This document shows positions 13,033-27,444 of a stretch of DNA of 64,000 nt, in pieces; positions within the stretch are counted from its first letter, which is position 1; each line of letters begins with the position of its first letter. Source of the DNA: Octopus vulgaris (taxonomy: Eukaryota); assembly GCA_951406725.2 (NCBI GenBank), contig OX597816.1:153946001-154010000 (forward strand), in the 5' to 3' direction. The notes under the pieces are model-generated. The model had not been told where the DNA came from. It was given only the letters and a program-made list of their open reading frames with translations, and searched no databases. A program made the translations under genes and the position numbers.

Positions 13033-15319
13033 CCCTCACCCAACTTCATGTTATGGACTAGTCTTTCTAAAACCTGCTATTAAGGTTATCAAGTATCTTT
13101 TCTCTCTGGCTTTTTCCTTTCAGTTTCTTGGTTGTCACCAAGTGTTCAAAGTTTTTTCTTTATGTATGGTGTCCAGTGAACTGAGCCTGTCTCTTTATGT
13201 TGTTGAGAAACTTTCCAGTAGGTTTTACTTGCCTAAAAACCTCAATGTTTGTCACCCTACCTGCATAGGGCAACTCCAGCATTCTTCTAAGGAACCTCTT
13301 CTCTACAGTATTTATAAAGTAGAGAGCGTTGATCATGAAATGCTTTATCTGTCCTTTCAGTTCTGTTAATACTATTCATAATGATAATTTCAAATACATC
13401 GATCACCTCATGAGTGGACTAGATCTTCCATTTCTTGTTAGGCAAAAGAATCAGACGTAAACATATATCTGTTTTGTAAATTGAAAATTATGCTATGTTG
13501 TTTAAGTATCAGTTATGGCTATGATCACATTGCTAGCAGCACAGTGGTTGTGCAAAAAAAATTTGGTATGAGTATAGAAATACTACTTTATGAAACATCA
13601 TTATTATGCACCTGGTTATAAAGTTACAATTGTAATAGTAAGTAAATTGATGAAATCAAAATATGATACTGTTACTATTTGTCACATTTATTTCCTTTAC
13701 TCTTCTTTTTATTTATCATGCTTCATTAAGTTCTGTCAACTCCTTTTTTCCTTCTTCCACATTAGATGTCACCATACCGCGGATTCAGACCTTGTATGTA
13801 TATACAATAGACCTCTCTTAATCCCAGACTCTCGCCAGTTCATTTACTTCATAATATATCAAACTCCAAATACGTTGCATTGAGTGTTGCGAGGGGGTAC
13901 ACATTCCCTATATTAAAACAGTACCAGTACCTCCACACTTCTGTATACTTCTCTTGCCAGAGCAGTATTATTCTTGCTGCAATATTTTTCTAAAGATTAT
14001 TTTATTGACCAGACAAAAACAGGTTGAGACTAAAATGCTGCTATAATTAGCCCTCATCATACACAAAATTTATCTACTTAACAATATCTTTATCAACAGT
14101 TTACTTGAAATGAGAAATATAGTTCCAAAAGGACTGCTTTTAGGAACAAAAACTAGAACCACTTCTCAACAATGGCACCTTTAACTGCTTTCTGAGATAT
14201 AAACATTCCTAAAACAAATGAAGGAAAGAGAGCTGGGAAAGTCGGGGAAAGCAAAAATATTATTGAAACACTCCTTTGCTTTCTTCCTAAACTCCTGATA
14301 TATGTGATCGTCTAAATTTTATCTCTGCATGAACACTTTGTCCTAATCTAAATCCTACACTCTACATTGATATCATCATCATCACCATTATCACACCTAC
14401 AGTTAACCATATTGTTTGAATATTGAAATGGTTATTCAAGCTTATTACTGACAGTATTTTGTTAACTTGTAGTTCTGAGGCATTATATCATTAATAAGCA
14501 CAACAGATTTGGTATCCTAAAATCACCTTGGTAAATGCTTGAACATGTTAAGCTCTGTCCCACCATCATTTTCACTGCTCCCTGTCAAGCTTCCTCCAAA
14601 TCTCATTCCCTACACACATGATCTCTTTATCTCTGATATTATTCAGCCACCATAATCACCTGAGAGCAGAATTGGCACATTCTATGCAATCTCACCCCTT
14701 CCTTGTTACATTCTTTTTCCTCCACTCTCTCCAGAACCACTTCTATTCCCCATTATCTTCCTCCACTCATGCTCTCTTCTCTCAACTATATTCCATCCAT
14801 CCTTACACCTCTTTCATCCCCTATCACTCTCAATGCCTTTACATATTTAACATAACTCCATACCCACTGAACCACTCCCATACAACTCACCTTCAATTAC
14901 TACAGCCACCTCGATCCCATCTAATCATTTCCCCTCACATTCTGATGAAATTTTCACCTTTATCCCTCTTGTATCTCTTCTACAACAAGATATCTATCTC
15001 TATCCCTCTATTATTCTTTTAACTTCTCATCTACTGGCACAAAGCCACCTCCCTTAGTACTACTACCTCCAGTTGAGAGGACTTTGTCCTGTCTTGCAAG
15101 GTATTTGGTAACCCCACCAGTGCTGGTGCCACAAAAAAAAAGCACCTAGTACGCTCTGTAAAGTGGTTGGCATTAGGAAGGGTATCCAGCCATAGAAACC
15201 ATGCCAAAATAGACATAGCCTTCCAGCTTGCTAGCACTTGTCAAACCATCCAACTCATGCCAGCATGGAAAGAGAACATTAAATAATGATGATGACGACG
15301 ACAACAATGATGAAGCAGT

Positions 15320-17130
15320 TCTTTAATTTAAACTTTCCCACAAACAAATCCTAAATACACTTGAGCATACCTAACCAGAAAAGATGTCATTCAACCACAT
15401 AATGCAATGAAAGCTGAGATAACTTTCAATACATCATATTAGAACACACAGTTAGGAAGTGCAAAAATTTCTCCATCCAATACTGTCACCAGTTCAAGCA
15501 TTGATCCTTGGATCTCAGTCACTGCAAACCCAAGCTAAATCAAATGCTTGACTCATTTCCTCTCTGCAGAAAAATGCCAATCTTTGGAACACAATGTGTT
15601 CTAGCCCCAAAAGGATATTCTTTTTCACTATGACTGCTACCAACTGTTGCCATTGTACAAGATAACAGAAACTCATAATCAGCCACTTTCTTTATCATCT
15701 TATGTCTCATTTCTTTCTTAGTTGGGCCTACCATCTCTCTGTTCTCTACATCAGGCATTATTTCTATACTGCTTCTGGGAATTTTATTCAAAGTAGTGTT
15801 GTAGCATTTGACTGACTGACATAAAAATGTACTATATAACTTCCATCGATGAGCTCCTTCTGTGTGTTACTCTTACTCTCTTTTACTTGTTTCAGTCATT
15901 TGACTGTGGCCATGCTGAAGCACCACCTTTAGTCGAGCAAATCGACCCCAGGACTTATTCTTTGTAAGCCTAGTACTTATTCTATCGGTCTGTTTTGTCG
16001 AACCGCTAAGTTACAGGGACGTAAACACACCAGCATCAGTTGCCAAGCGATGTTGTGGGGACAAACACAGACACAAAAACACACACATATATATATATGT
16101 ACATATACATATATACGACAGACTTCTTTCAGTTTCCATCTACCAAATCCACTCACAAGGCTTTGGTCGGCCCGAGGCTATAGTAGAAGACACTTGCCCA
16201 AGGTGCCACGCAGTGGGACTGAACCAGGAACCATGTGGTTGGTAAGCAAGCTACTTACCACACAGCCACTCCTGTGTTGTCAACTAAATTGCAAGTTTCC
16301 AGTCAGACTACTCCACTATAATAGATATTGAAGAAGATTCAATTACATATCTCCCACACTCTTCCTCTTTGTTAATTCCAACAGAACATATACACTTCAT
16401 TCCTCTATCTTTCTACATACAACTGAGCCATCTCACGTTAGTTTTTCACTGTTTCTATGAAAATCCATTGCACATATTTTCCAGTAGGTTCAACCAAAGA
16501 ATCAGTCTTCCAACACCACATCCTTGCTATTTATGAGTAATGTTCAAACTCACTACTAATGATCTCATGACACTGACACATTTATTAACATTGTTAAAAC
16601 ATATTTCATCCTGATTCATTTCCTGACCTTCTACAAAGCACAAGTGTAACACATTAAGAGTATTGTTCACACTTTTGGCAGTGCTGATGCTACATGTGTA
16701 GCAATCCTAGGTTACATCCATATAAGTCCATCAGATTAACAAAGATTTTCATCACACTACAAAAATTAACCACAAATATCCTGTGTCTTCTTCGTTTTCT
16801 ACTGCTGCTCCTCTGAAGTGGCAAGCCATGCACTATCTCCACACAAACCAATTTGATGACCCATCTGTCTTCTATTCATCAGCTTTACTTTGTTTTACAC
16901 ACCAAATATTTTATCTACTTGATCCTACTTAGAAGTATTGCTTTCTAGCATGCTTACGCTCTTCACATTTTCCTCTATAGTAATCAACCTATTGGAGTTC
17001 AAGATAAACATAAACCACATTTGCCTCACCTGTCTAGGAGAGCCCACAATGGTTATAACCAACACTCTTCTTTCTTCAGTTATATAATTAAACCAGTTAT
17101 CTAATGAAGCATTCAATCATTAAGCAGGTT
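15320..17130 (-). mobile_element. Highly decayed LINE remnant interrupted by a SINE at 15866-16274
   Basis: Scattered RT-like peptides (e.g. VYLGF near 15350); no intact frame. Confidence 0.35.
15866..16274 (-). mobile_element. Full-length tRNA-derived CORE-like SINE
   Basis: Minus head AGGAGTGGCTGTGTGGTAAG...GGTTCAGTCCC, then CACCTTGGGCAAGT (CORE-like), internal (AT)n and AAGAGTAA tail; near-identical to 26808-27221. Confidence 0.85.
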
Positions 17131-19714
17131 TATATGGTCTTAATTGAAATTACCCTTTTCAGTATGTGTGTGTGTGTATGTAGTGCAAAGGTTACAAAAT
17201 ATACAACAAAGAAGTAAACACTAAAAACAGGATTGGAAATGGGGTGTGGGGAAGAAGGAAATGTCTTTAATGTTTTGAGTATTCACTCTTATTTCCAAAA
17301 GATAGAATAGACATAGAGAGGATAGAATGGAGAAATTGAAATGCACATGTAGCCAACTATCACAGCTTTGTGAATGACCAGCAATAGTTGGGAGGTCACT
17401 TTAGGTGTTAATAGCAAGGGGAATGATTTTGGGCTCAATGTGTGTGTGTGTAAGGAATTACCAGCAAAGCAGAAACTGGGGTGTCATTTTTGAGTCTTAT
17501 GTCCTATAAGGCTCAGCAAAACAGTCAACAAAGCATCATCCAGTTTGTCCTATGTAAGAAGAGAGGTAAAACGAACAGAGAATGCAGTAAATGAAATTGC
17601 TGGAGATACATGTGAAGGAGTGAATCATGAATTTTTGAAAATATATATTCATATATGTTTGCAAAAGATCCACTCTCATTTCTCACAAACTCAAATTTTC
17701 CACTATTTGTGTTCAAGTAACAGTAAGATTTGTAGTAACAGCAAATCATCACTTCAAATGAATAAATTCTACTATATATATTAAGTACACTTTCTATGGT
17801 TTAACATCCAAACATATATATATAAACAATTTAACATTGAAGGATTACTCAGTACTATTTCATAGAGTACATATTTACTAACTTTTACAAGGAAAAGTTG
17901 GCAGTGATTTCAAAGTTTTTGGTTTGCTTATTATATTCTAATTCTGTTAGTAAATTAGCACATGTGTTGCACTCTGTTGGGCAGTTATCACTAAAAATTG
18001 GTATCATTATTAAGATAGTAAACTAGCAGAATCATTAGCATGCTGGACCAAATGCTTTGTAGCATTTCTTCCAGTTTTACAGTCTGAGTTCAAATTCTAC
18101 CAAGGTTGATTTTGTTTTTCATCTTTCCAGGGGTCAATAAAATACCAGTTGAGCACTGAGGTTGATGTAATCAACTGGCCACTTCCCTACTAAATTTCAG
18201 GCCTTGCCCCTCTAATAGAAAGGATTATTATTATTGTTATTATCATTACTACTTGAAGAAATATTGCCCTCTGGATGGTTTTCTGTTACTGTATATAATC
18301 GTGACTTCATTCTGCAGTCATAGTTAGAAAGAGCATTCAATGAGTACATGGTTTGTAGAGCAATTAATTTGAGTTGGATTATGGTGAGAGAGAGAAAATA
18401 ATGCGGAGCTAACAAAATGTTGTGCTTTAGTTGCCTTTATAGCTGTTCTCTCATCTGTCCTCTGTGTGTATGTGAGCAATAAGGCTTCGTACACTAGGAT
18501 AGGCTAGTTCTTTGTCCACTGAATTTTGGAGACACATCAGCTTTCTTTGTCTGGTTTTGCTTGCCAGTTAAAACCATTTATCAGATTGTGGTGGCTGCTG
18601 CATCTGTTTTTTTACAGATTAATGCTTAGTTGCATCACAAATATTATTTTCTAATTAATTATGGGAGAGGAGTACTGTGAAAATATTGCATATATGTTGG
18701 TCAAGTCAGTTCCTGAGCAACTAGTCCATAATCATATTTCGGATGATGGTTTATAGTTTTGCAAAATATAAGTTACTTATTCAATCTTAAACATTTTTGT
18801 TTTGCTTTTGTGTTGCTCTCTTCAATTTTAAATATATATTTATGTAAAAACTAAGAAAGTTTATGACCCAGTTTCAATTTCCCAGCTGGGCAATTACTCT
18901 ATTTTAACAAGTAGCCATTCCCTAAGAAGGCTATGAACATCACAATTTGCCATTACTCGTCTATGTTTTAGGATTTATGAATTTATAGTAAAGAAAACCG
19001 TTTAATCACATAACTTAGCAGCAGCAGCAAGTTTATAATCTATTGCTATGAAGGACTGACTGACTAACTGACATGCTAAATTCCTGGAAAAAATCACATT
19101 AAAAAATAATATCAACAAATGTTACTTCACTCCTATGCAATGCAGCTTGAGTTGACTAAATGAAATTATAGTAAGATTTACTGTTGACTTCTTTTATCTC
19201 TATGTTTGTGAAAATCTACCACTACTTCAAAACTTACTAAGACCACCACCATTAATATTATTCACATAACTTTTACCATTTCAAAGTGACAGCCACTGTT
19301 ACTATCACCAGTGCAATTACCACTGCAAACACAGCTATAATCATCCCAAGAGATCACTTCTAAGCTATCTTAGACAGAATGCGTTTATGTGACTACTTGA
19401 CAATTAGAAATAGCAACCAAATATCCCTCAAATCATACCTTACAATCTTTAAAAAGGAAGGAACATTGCACAATGGTATCCTAAGTTCACTAACTGTAGA
19501 GAAAAAGACACAGTGGTATGGCTGGAATGCCTTTGGTCAGAGTCTGTTCAATCAGGATTGACTTGGATCTAAACAACAACTAATACAATGAAATAATCAT
19601 CATTAACAACAATACTGTTATAGCATTCCTCTATGTCAGTGTTTCCCCACCTTTTTTCTTTATTATTTTTAGTCCAGCATCTCTTCTGATAAGTCTAATT
19701 GGCTGGCACCCATC

Positions 19715-19891
19715 TTAACGCTTTAGCATTCAGGTTACTCTGTCAAATGTTTATTTATTTTCATTTTTAAAAATTAATGATGCAATATCCTGTAGCTTTA
19801 CATGTTTGATGATGTGATTTTATATTTTTAGAATGACATTGTAGGGTAGGTGTGAGAAATCAGATCTAGCTGGTTTCAACATAAAACAGGA
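19715..19891. mobile_element. Truncated copy of the 42200-42426 MITE family
   Basis: Begins TTAACGCTTTAGCATT; interior colinear with 42200-42380. Confidence 0.6.
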
Positions 19892-22201
19892 TACGTCTGA
19901 TTTGAGTGTTCAGCATTTAATAGTAGTATTCAAAAGCAGGTGAAATTTAATTTGAATTTCACTTGCTAAGTAAAGTTTGTGGGTGCTAGAAACCAGTGTT
20001 GGAAAAAATAGCTCTATATGGCTGTTGAACTTGCTAGAAATAGCAACCAAATCACTTTCGAATCAATCTTTGCTATTTTAAATAAAGAAGAATGCATTGA
20101 ACAATGCAGTTGTTGACATACAAAAAGACAAGATGGTTACAACTAGCATGTTGAACAACAACAGAATTACTACTAATTCCTTCTCCCCAATCACTAACAC
20201 AAGTATTGATACTAACACCCACACAACCACACACTCCCACCACAACTACTACCAGATACAATGTTCACCACTACTGCCATAAACATCTCCACCACCACCA
20301 CCACCACTCTGTCACATGTGTTACCACTGCCATTACTATTGTCACATACATGTAAGATCACCACTACTACAACAACTACTACTACCAATAGCACCACCTA
20401 TAACTATCTCCATTTTCACTACCACAAACATTGTGCCTTTGAAAAGTTGATATGTTTATATTTTGAAATCTAAATAGAGAGAAAATTAATCCATAACACA
20501 TGGAAGGGGAAAGACTGTGTGTGTTATTGGTGTGTTGGCTATAAATATGCATTTCATGTTTTGTCACCAATTCTGTATCTCTGGCCAAGATACTCTTTTT
20601 GTCTTTCCATTCCATACATTCACCATCAATAATAGCTTCAACAATAATAGCATCACTGGAAATTTCAGCTCAGTGAAATAAAATTAGTAATTACATTATA
20701 CTGGAATAAATTGAAATATTACAAAACCTCACAGTAGATAAATTAAGAAGGAAAACACATTCTTTCTATGCTACTGATGTGTGGAAAAAGAGGGAGTCTC
20801 TTGACAGACTGTTTAATGATTTGTTGACTTCTCAGAGAAAACATTCTTGGCTTCCATCCCTAATCAATGGCATTGGCTGGATGCTATGTAAAGCAATCAT
20901 AAATTAGACTGGTGCAAAAGTGGATACCCTAATTTGCATATAATTAAATGCTGTGTTGTGCATAAAACAGTTATTATGTTGAAACTGTTTTTATGTGTGA
21001 TATTCATTGTGCCTAAATCTTAAGATTAATGAGTTCAGTTTTTACAACAGCCTTTAACTGAAAACTCCAGTAGGTACCTTGGTCTAGTTTTGTTAACCAT
21101 AGCTCTAAAAGAATAAATGAGAGAAAAAAAGAGAGTACCGCTGTGTAGGTGTTTGATCTGTTAGAAATAGTTGCCACATCTCTTCAAATTACATTCTATT
21201 GTCTTAAAACAGAAAAGTCATCTAATGTACTATCAAGTGCACTAAGGCTGAAAAAAAAAGACCAAACTTTTGTAGCTGAAATGTCTTTAATTACTGGTCT
21301 ACTTGGTCATCACTGATCTGGAACAAAACAGTAACAGTATTAGGAGAGATTACTTTCTAAGCTTATTCTCAGTATCTTACATGAAAATTAAGCACAACAA
21401 TCATAAGACTAATTATTATAGAGTGACATGCTGAAAAGAAGGGCTGTGTTGCTAAACTGAAAGCAAAAATGTATACTGTATATCATAAGGAATGCCGTGA
21501 TTTAAGGAAGAGTGATGGTGGAGGTGAAGACTAGACATGAGAGTGGTGGATAAGAGTATCGCATTGTAGAAAAAGTAAAACAATGACTTGCAGATGATGC
21601 ACATTGAGCCAGTGATGGATGTTTTGAAGAGAAATGGGATGAGATGGCCGGGTTAGGAAGGAGAAGAGTAACTGGGTGCAAGGAATGATAGAAGTAAATG
21701 GGAAAGGAAGAAGAGAAAGAGGAAGACTAAGAGACATGTAAAGGTTAAAGGTTAAGATCTAAGGACTAAAAGAATTAGTGAAAGAAGATTCACAGAATAG
21801 GGGGAAATGGAGAAGATTATAATAGTACCTGCTAGACTAACTCACTTCAGTGCGATAAATGGCCTTAAAACTTGTTTTATTCTGCATATTGTGTGTGTGT
21901 GTGTGTGTGTCCGTGCATGTATGTTCGTGTGTGTGTGTATGCACATGCACAAGGGAGAGGGAGAGAGAGAAGCAGTATTAAAAATTTAGTTTCATGACTG
22001 AATGTCAGAGTATTCAATGACTGTTAATTTACCTTTCCACCCCTAGAAGGTTCTTTAATAAGGTTTAGTAACATGAATTGGCTGTTATGAAACTAATTTA
22101 TAATACATAATACTATATAAATAATACACCCACTCTATTACCTAATATTTGTGTGCCTGTTTTTTCTGACTTATGAAAACTTGTTGGACAACTACATATA
22201 T

Positions 22202-22233
<32 letters not shown>

Positions 22234-22300
22234 GGGGAAACAAACACAGATACAAAGGCACACATTCATAGATACATATGCATTTATATATATATATACA

Positions 22301-22360
<60 letters not shown>

Positions 22361-23599
22361 GAGAAGGAGAAAACAAGTGCAATGAATATAGCCAGTTGCT
22401 TGACATTTCTCTATGAAGGATATCTTCCAGTGAATGAGCAACTCTATTAACTTCAAGAGGAGAATGGGAGCTGTTACATTCATGCCTTTCCCTTGACAGT
22501 GTAATCAAAAGAAGTGATGGGAAAACATTATAGAAGCCTATTCTTTCATTACCACTACAGTTGATGAAGTTTTCATCACCAAATGTATCCATTTGGTTTC
22601 AGTGCAGAAAAACATTAGCAATGTCTAAACTAATGTGCAGATTTTATTCTTTACTCTATAGTGTTTGCCATCATACATACACGCATTTGTATGTATGTGT
22701 GCTTGTGTGTGTGTGTGTTATATTGAAATTTTACTAGGTTTATGGCTTATTTAAACAATGTAGAGAAGTCATAGATCCAGTGAAACACTATATTAAATTG
22801 TAGGCAATATTAGATTGTACGTATATACTGAGTCAATGTTTGTTGGGTTTGCAGTTGGTTACCTGTACAAATGTTTTACTTGTTTAGGTCATTAGACTGT
22901 GGTCATTCAGGGGATACCACTTGGAGTTTGGGGGGGGGATAAAATGAATTGGTGCTGATGTGTTTATGTTCCTGTAACTTAGTGGTTTGGCAAAAGAGCC
23001 TGAAAGAATAAGTACCAAGCTTGTTTACAACTATCAGATGTCAGGATAAGGGTGCATGTGCACAGACACACACACATATTTCGTGACCTCACTACTGCAC
23101 CGGCACCCAGTACATTCTGTAAATGTAAAGCGGTTAGCGTTAGGAAATGCAACCAGCCATAAAAACTTTGCCAAAGCAGACAGACAGTAGAGTTCGGCAC
23201 AGTCTTCTGACTTGCTAGCTCATGTCAAACCATCCAACCCATGCCAATATAGGAGAAGGACATTCAATGGTGATGATTGTATACACACACACTCACAACA
23301 GGCTTCTTTCAGTTTCATCAACCTAATCCTTTCACAAGGGTTTGGTCAACCTGGGGCTATAGAGAAAGACTCCTTTGCAAGGTGTGCTGTGGGACTGAAC
23401 CAGAGACCACACACTCATGCCTGCACCTGTTATTATGTATAATTTATAAGTACACTCATGTTCAGCGGTTAATCTCTGCTGGTTTCATATAAATGTACTG
23501 AGATGTGGTAAATATTTTGTGGGTGATAATGTTTTTACGAGTAAAGTTTCTTGACAAACTGGTTTATAAAAGTATGTCTAATTAGCTTCCAGTCTCTTA

Positions 23600-23845
23600 G
23601 GTTCTGTTGTTGCCAGTATTGTTGCAATGAAGAAGAATTTAGCTGCTGCCATTGAACTGCATCTGCTGCATGTTTTCAATATTTGGTTTTTACTATTTGA
23701 CTTCTCTGATGAAAAAAGCATGAATGTCACACCATCATGTTCAGCTATCTTGTATAATTCTGATATCCTTGTTTGTACTTTATCAGAAGTTGATATTGAT
23801 TTGCATCTTGTATTATTGCAGAAAACAAGGTCATTTGCATGATAT
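23600..23845 (-). mobile_element. LINE RT remnant
   Basis: Minus frame HANDLVFC...ELYKIAEHDGVTF resembles the YADDLV...G motif region. Confidence 0.4.
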
Positions 23846-25611
23846 ATAGTCGATTGAATTCACTTTACTGTATTACTCAGAGAGGTGGAGTAATAGATTC
23901 TGGCCTAGATTGGTTTCTAGACTATTAAATGTTGACTGTTTCTTTTCAAAAGCAAATGAATTAATGGTAGTAATAATAATAAAGTGTGTGTGCATGTGTA
24001 TACACATACTCACACATGCACCACAATACTAGCTATACCTAAACAATCATTAATTTGGCCACCTTAGTACAGACCTCACAACTCCTCCCAAGAGCTAACA
24101 ATCCTCTATTACTATTAAGCATTGTTCCCTGAGTGATTGGAATCCTAAGGTAATTAATTGTGAAGTCAACCTTTTCAAAAATAACTGATATAGGAGCACA
24201 TATTACTGTTACTTATGGAGTGTTGGGTTCGCCACAAAATAGAGTATTTCTTGAGACACTATATCTAGATGGTTGCCAAGAAATTCTAAATGGCATATCA
24301 CCTGCCAGTGAAATATTAGTATCCCCACCACAACCAACAGATGTCAACCTGATATTTCAGTGGTTTTCACCATAAATCTATAACCCTGGACCAGATCACT
24401 TTTACCTTTCAGATTTTGATAGCTAATAGTGAGAATTTTCTAACTATATTTTTATGTTCTATTATAAGAATATTGAGATCAACTAAAAGTTTAGAATGTT
24501 ATTTCTACTCTTTTTTTATTGAATTTTTGTTTTACTTAAAACCTTAAAACTAAATTAGATTTTATGGATGCAAATAACTGAGAATTTAGACTTAGTTTAA
24601 TTTATAAGTTACTTTAAAAAGACCAAATTAAATCACTTCACACTAATACATATAGATTTTATTGTAGGCTTTGAGACTAATTAGCTGTTTGACTGCAAAA
24701 AAAAGTTTTCTGATACAAAAGAATGACAATATTTATTATTTTCCCATGTTATTAACATGATTTCTGTTTGTTTTGGCATCTGTCACTTGTACAATTTTGA
24801 TTTTACTTTTTTTTTATCATCAGTCATTGTTTTTTTATTTACATGAATCACATTTTGCGTGATATATTGCAAGATATTTGGTTCTAAATTTTACTCTGTT
24901 ACTTAGAATCTCTAAGAAAATACAGTGAAATTGGTTTCACATGCATATCTAATGTGGATGAATTTGTACTACTCACCAAAATGCCAAATGTTTTGATTTG
25001 GAAGTATCTTATAAAACAGAATGGACAGATTTTCTTCCTTTTTTTAATCCCCAATTTTTAGACAGCAGCCATACTGAGATACAGACTGTAACAATTGAGT
25101 CAGTCATTTTGACCTCAGAACTTATTTTAATCTCATACTTATTTATTTGTCAAAAAGCTAGGTTACTAGACATAAAAGGACACAACATACACAACACTTG
25201 TTTTTTGGATTTTTTTCTTTTCTTCTTTTAGACCAGTGTAAATATAAACACACACACACACCGGTATATGATTATGTAAGCCAAAGTAGCTTACAACCTC
25301 TGTAATGAACTCCTTACTGTGCATTTGAGAATATGCCACCATCAATGTTTTACTGTGATTATGGAGAAATAGGTGTCATGCTCAAAAGGCTCATCAAACT
25401 GCCTACAGGAGACATAATTTCATGATATTTGAACCAAGAGCCCATTGCTCCCTTGCCATCTTCTTCCCCTGACAAATACATATACAGGCACTGATTTTAA
25501 TATGTATAAGCTTTGTGCCAATAATGCAAGTTTATTTTCTCATTGTGAAGGCCTTCAACTTACTGCCATTCTTTGATCATTGATCTCAAAATAAACATTG
25601 CACTTTCTTGT

Positions 25612-26756
25612 TTCTGTAGAGAAATTACATCAGAGTAAATGATTCCAGTTTTTAGTACCAGTTTCTGTCACATGCCAGTGGGGAAAACTAGAAGTAGTTG
25701 ATGGCTTCCATTACCTAAGTGACCAAGTCAGTAGTGAGGGTGGCTACTCTGAGAGCGTAGCTGCTAGAATAAGAATAGCCTGGGCAAAGTTCAGAGAGCT
25801 CCTACCTCTGCTGGTAGCAAAGGGCCTCTCACATAGAGTGAAAGGTAGACTGTAGGACGCATGTGTGTGAACAGCCATGCTACACGGCGGTGAAACATGA
25901 ACTGTGACTGCTGAGGATATACATAAGCTTGCAATGCTCCGCTAGATGTGAAATGTCAGTGTGCATACACAACAGAGTGTAAGCGCCTTGAGAGAAAAGT
26001 TGGACATAAGAAGCACCAGATGTGGTGTGCAAGACTGTGCTGATATTGTCATGTGTTATGATATTGTCATATGGATGAGGACAACTGTGTGAAAGTGTCA
26101 CATCCTAACAGTGGAGGGAAGCTGTGGAAAAGTAGTCCCAGGAAGACCTGGGATGAGATGGTGAAGCACAACCTTTGAACATTGGGCCTCATGGAGGCAA
26201 TGACAAGCGACCGAGACCTTTGGAGATATGTTGTACTTGAGAAGACCCAGCAAGCCAAGTGATACCATAACCATAGCCTATGTCAGTGTCGCATAACCAG
26301 CCCATTTAAGAATACCCTTCAATCATTGGGCAATAAACTATGCTTGAGATGATCTGTTGAGTCAGGTAAAATCTGCCTGGCACGTAAAAAGCACCATTCA
26401 AGCGTGGTCAATGTCAGTCCCACCAGACTGGCTCCCGTGCCAGTGGAACATAAAAAGCACCATTCGAGCGTGATCATTGCCAGTGCCACCTGACTGACTC
26501 CCATGCCGGTGGCATGTAAAAAGCACCATTCAAGCATGGTTGTTGCCCTCATGCCAGTGGCACATAAAAAGCACCCACTACACTCTCGGAGTGGTTGGTG
26601 TCAGGAAAGACATCCAGCTGTAGAAACCTTGCCAGATCAGATTGGAACCTGGTGCAGCCTTTTGGCTTGCCAGTCCTCAATCAAACTGTCCAACTCATGC
26701 CAGCATGGAAAGCGGTCATTAAATGATTAAATAATGATGATGATGATGATGATGAT
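25612..26756 (+). mobile_element. 5'-truncated RTE-type LINE, same family
   Basis: agaataagaatagcctgggcaaagttcagagagctcctacct is near-identical to 27818-27859; ~62-bp 3'UTR subrepeats; (GAT)n tail. Confidence 0.85.
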
Positions 26757-26807
26757 ATATGCGTACACTTACACACAAGTATACTATTATATAAACATTT
26801 AATTTAT

Positions 26808-27011
26808 TTACTCTTTTACTTGTTTTAGTCATTTGGCTGCGGCCATGCTGGAGCACTGCTTTTAGTCGAGCAAATCGACCCCAGGACTCATTCTTTGTAA
26901 TCCCAATATTTATTCTATCGGTCTCTTTTGCTGAACTGCTAAGTTACGGGGATGTAAACACACCATCATCAGTTGTGGAGCGATGTTGGGGGGACAAACA
27001 CAGACACACAA

Positions 27012-27052
<41 letters not shown>

Positions 27053-27221
27053 CATATATATGACAGGCTTCTTTCAGTTTCTGTCTACCAAATCCACCCA
27101 CAAGGCTTTGGTCGGTCTGAGGCTGTAGTAGAAAATACTTGACTAAAGTGCCACACAGTGGGACTGAACCCAGAACCATGTGGTTGGTAAACAAGCTACT
27201 TATCACGCAGCCACTCCTGCA
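26808..27221 (-). mobile_element. Full-length copy of the same SINE family
   Basis: Colinear with 15866-16274. Partial copies at ~7855-8010, 12788-12915 (+), 23298-23420, 48288-48420 (+), 56075-56220 (+) and 62725-62885. Confidence 0.85.
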
Positions 27222-27444
27222 CCCTAGATTTTAGTAATTATTTCGTTTAAATTTTCACATCTTTGTTCTTTTAAATGGAACTAAAAATAGTCTTCCTGCA
27301 CCTGAAGGTATATTTGAACAACTTATCTGTTCAAACATTTCATATATGACAATGTGATCCATGACAACAACACGCACACACACACATCAAACAGATTTCT
27401 CTCTATTCTGTTTATCTGTAAATTCTTTTGTTGAACAGAGAAGT

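Noticed and set aside
22358-22592. Minus ORF MDTFGDENFINCSG...
   Set aside because: No flanking splice sites, it runs into an (AT)n tract, and it has no recognisable motif.
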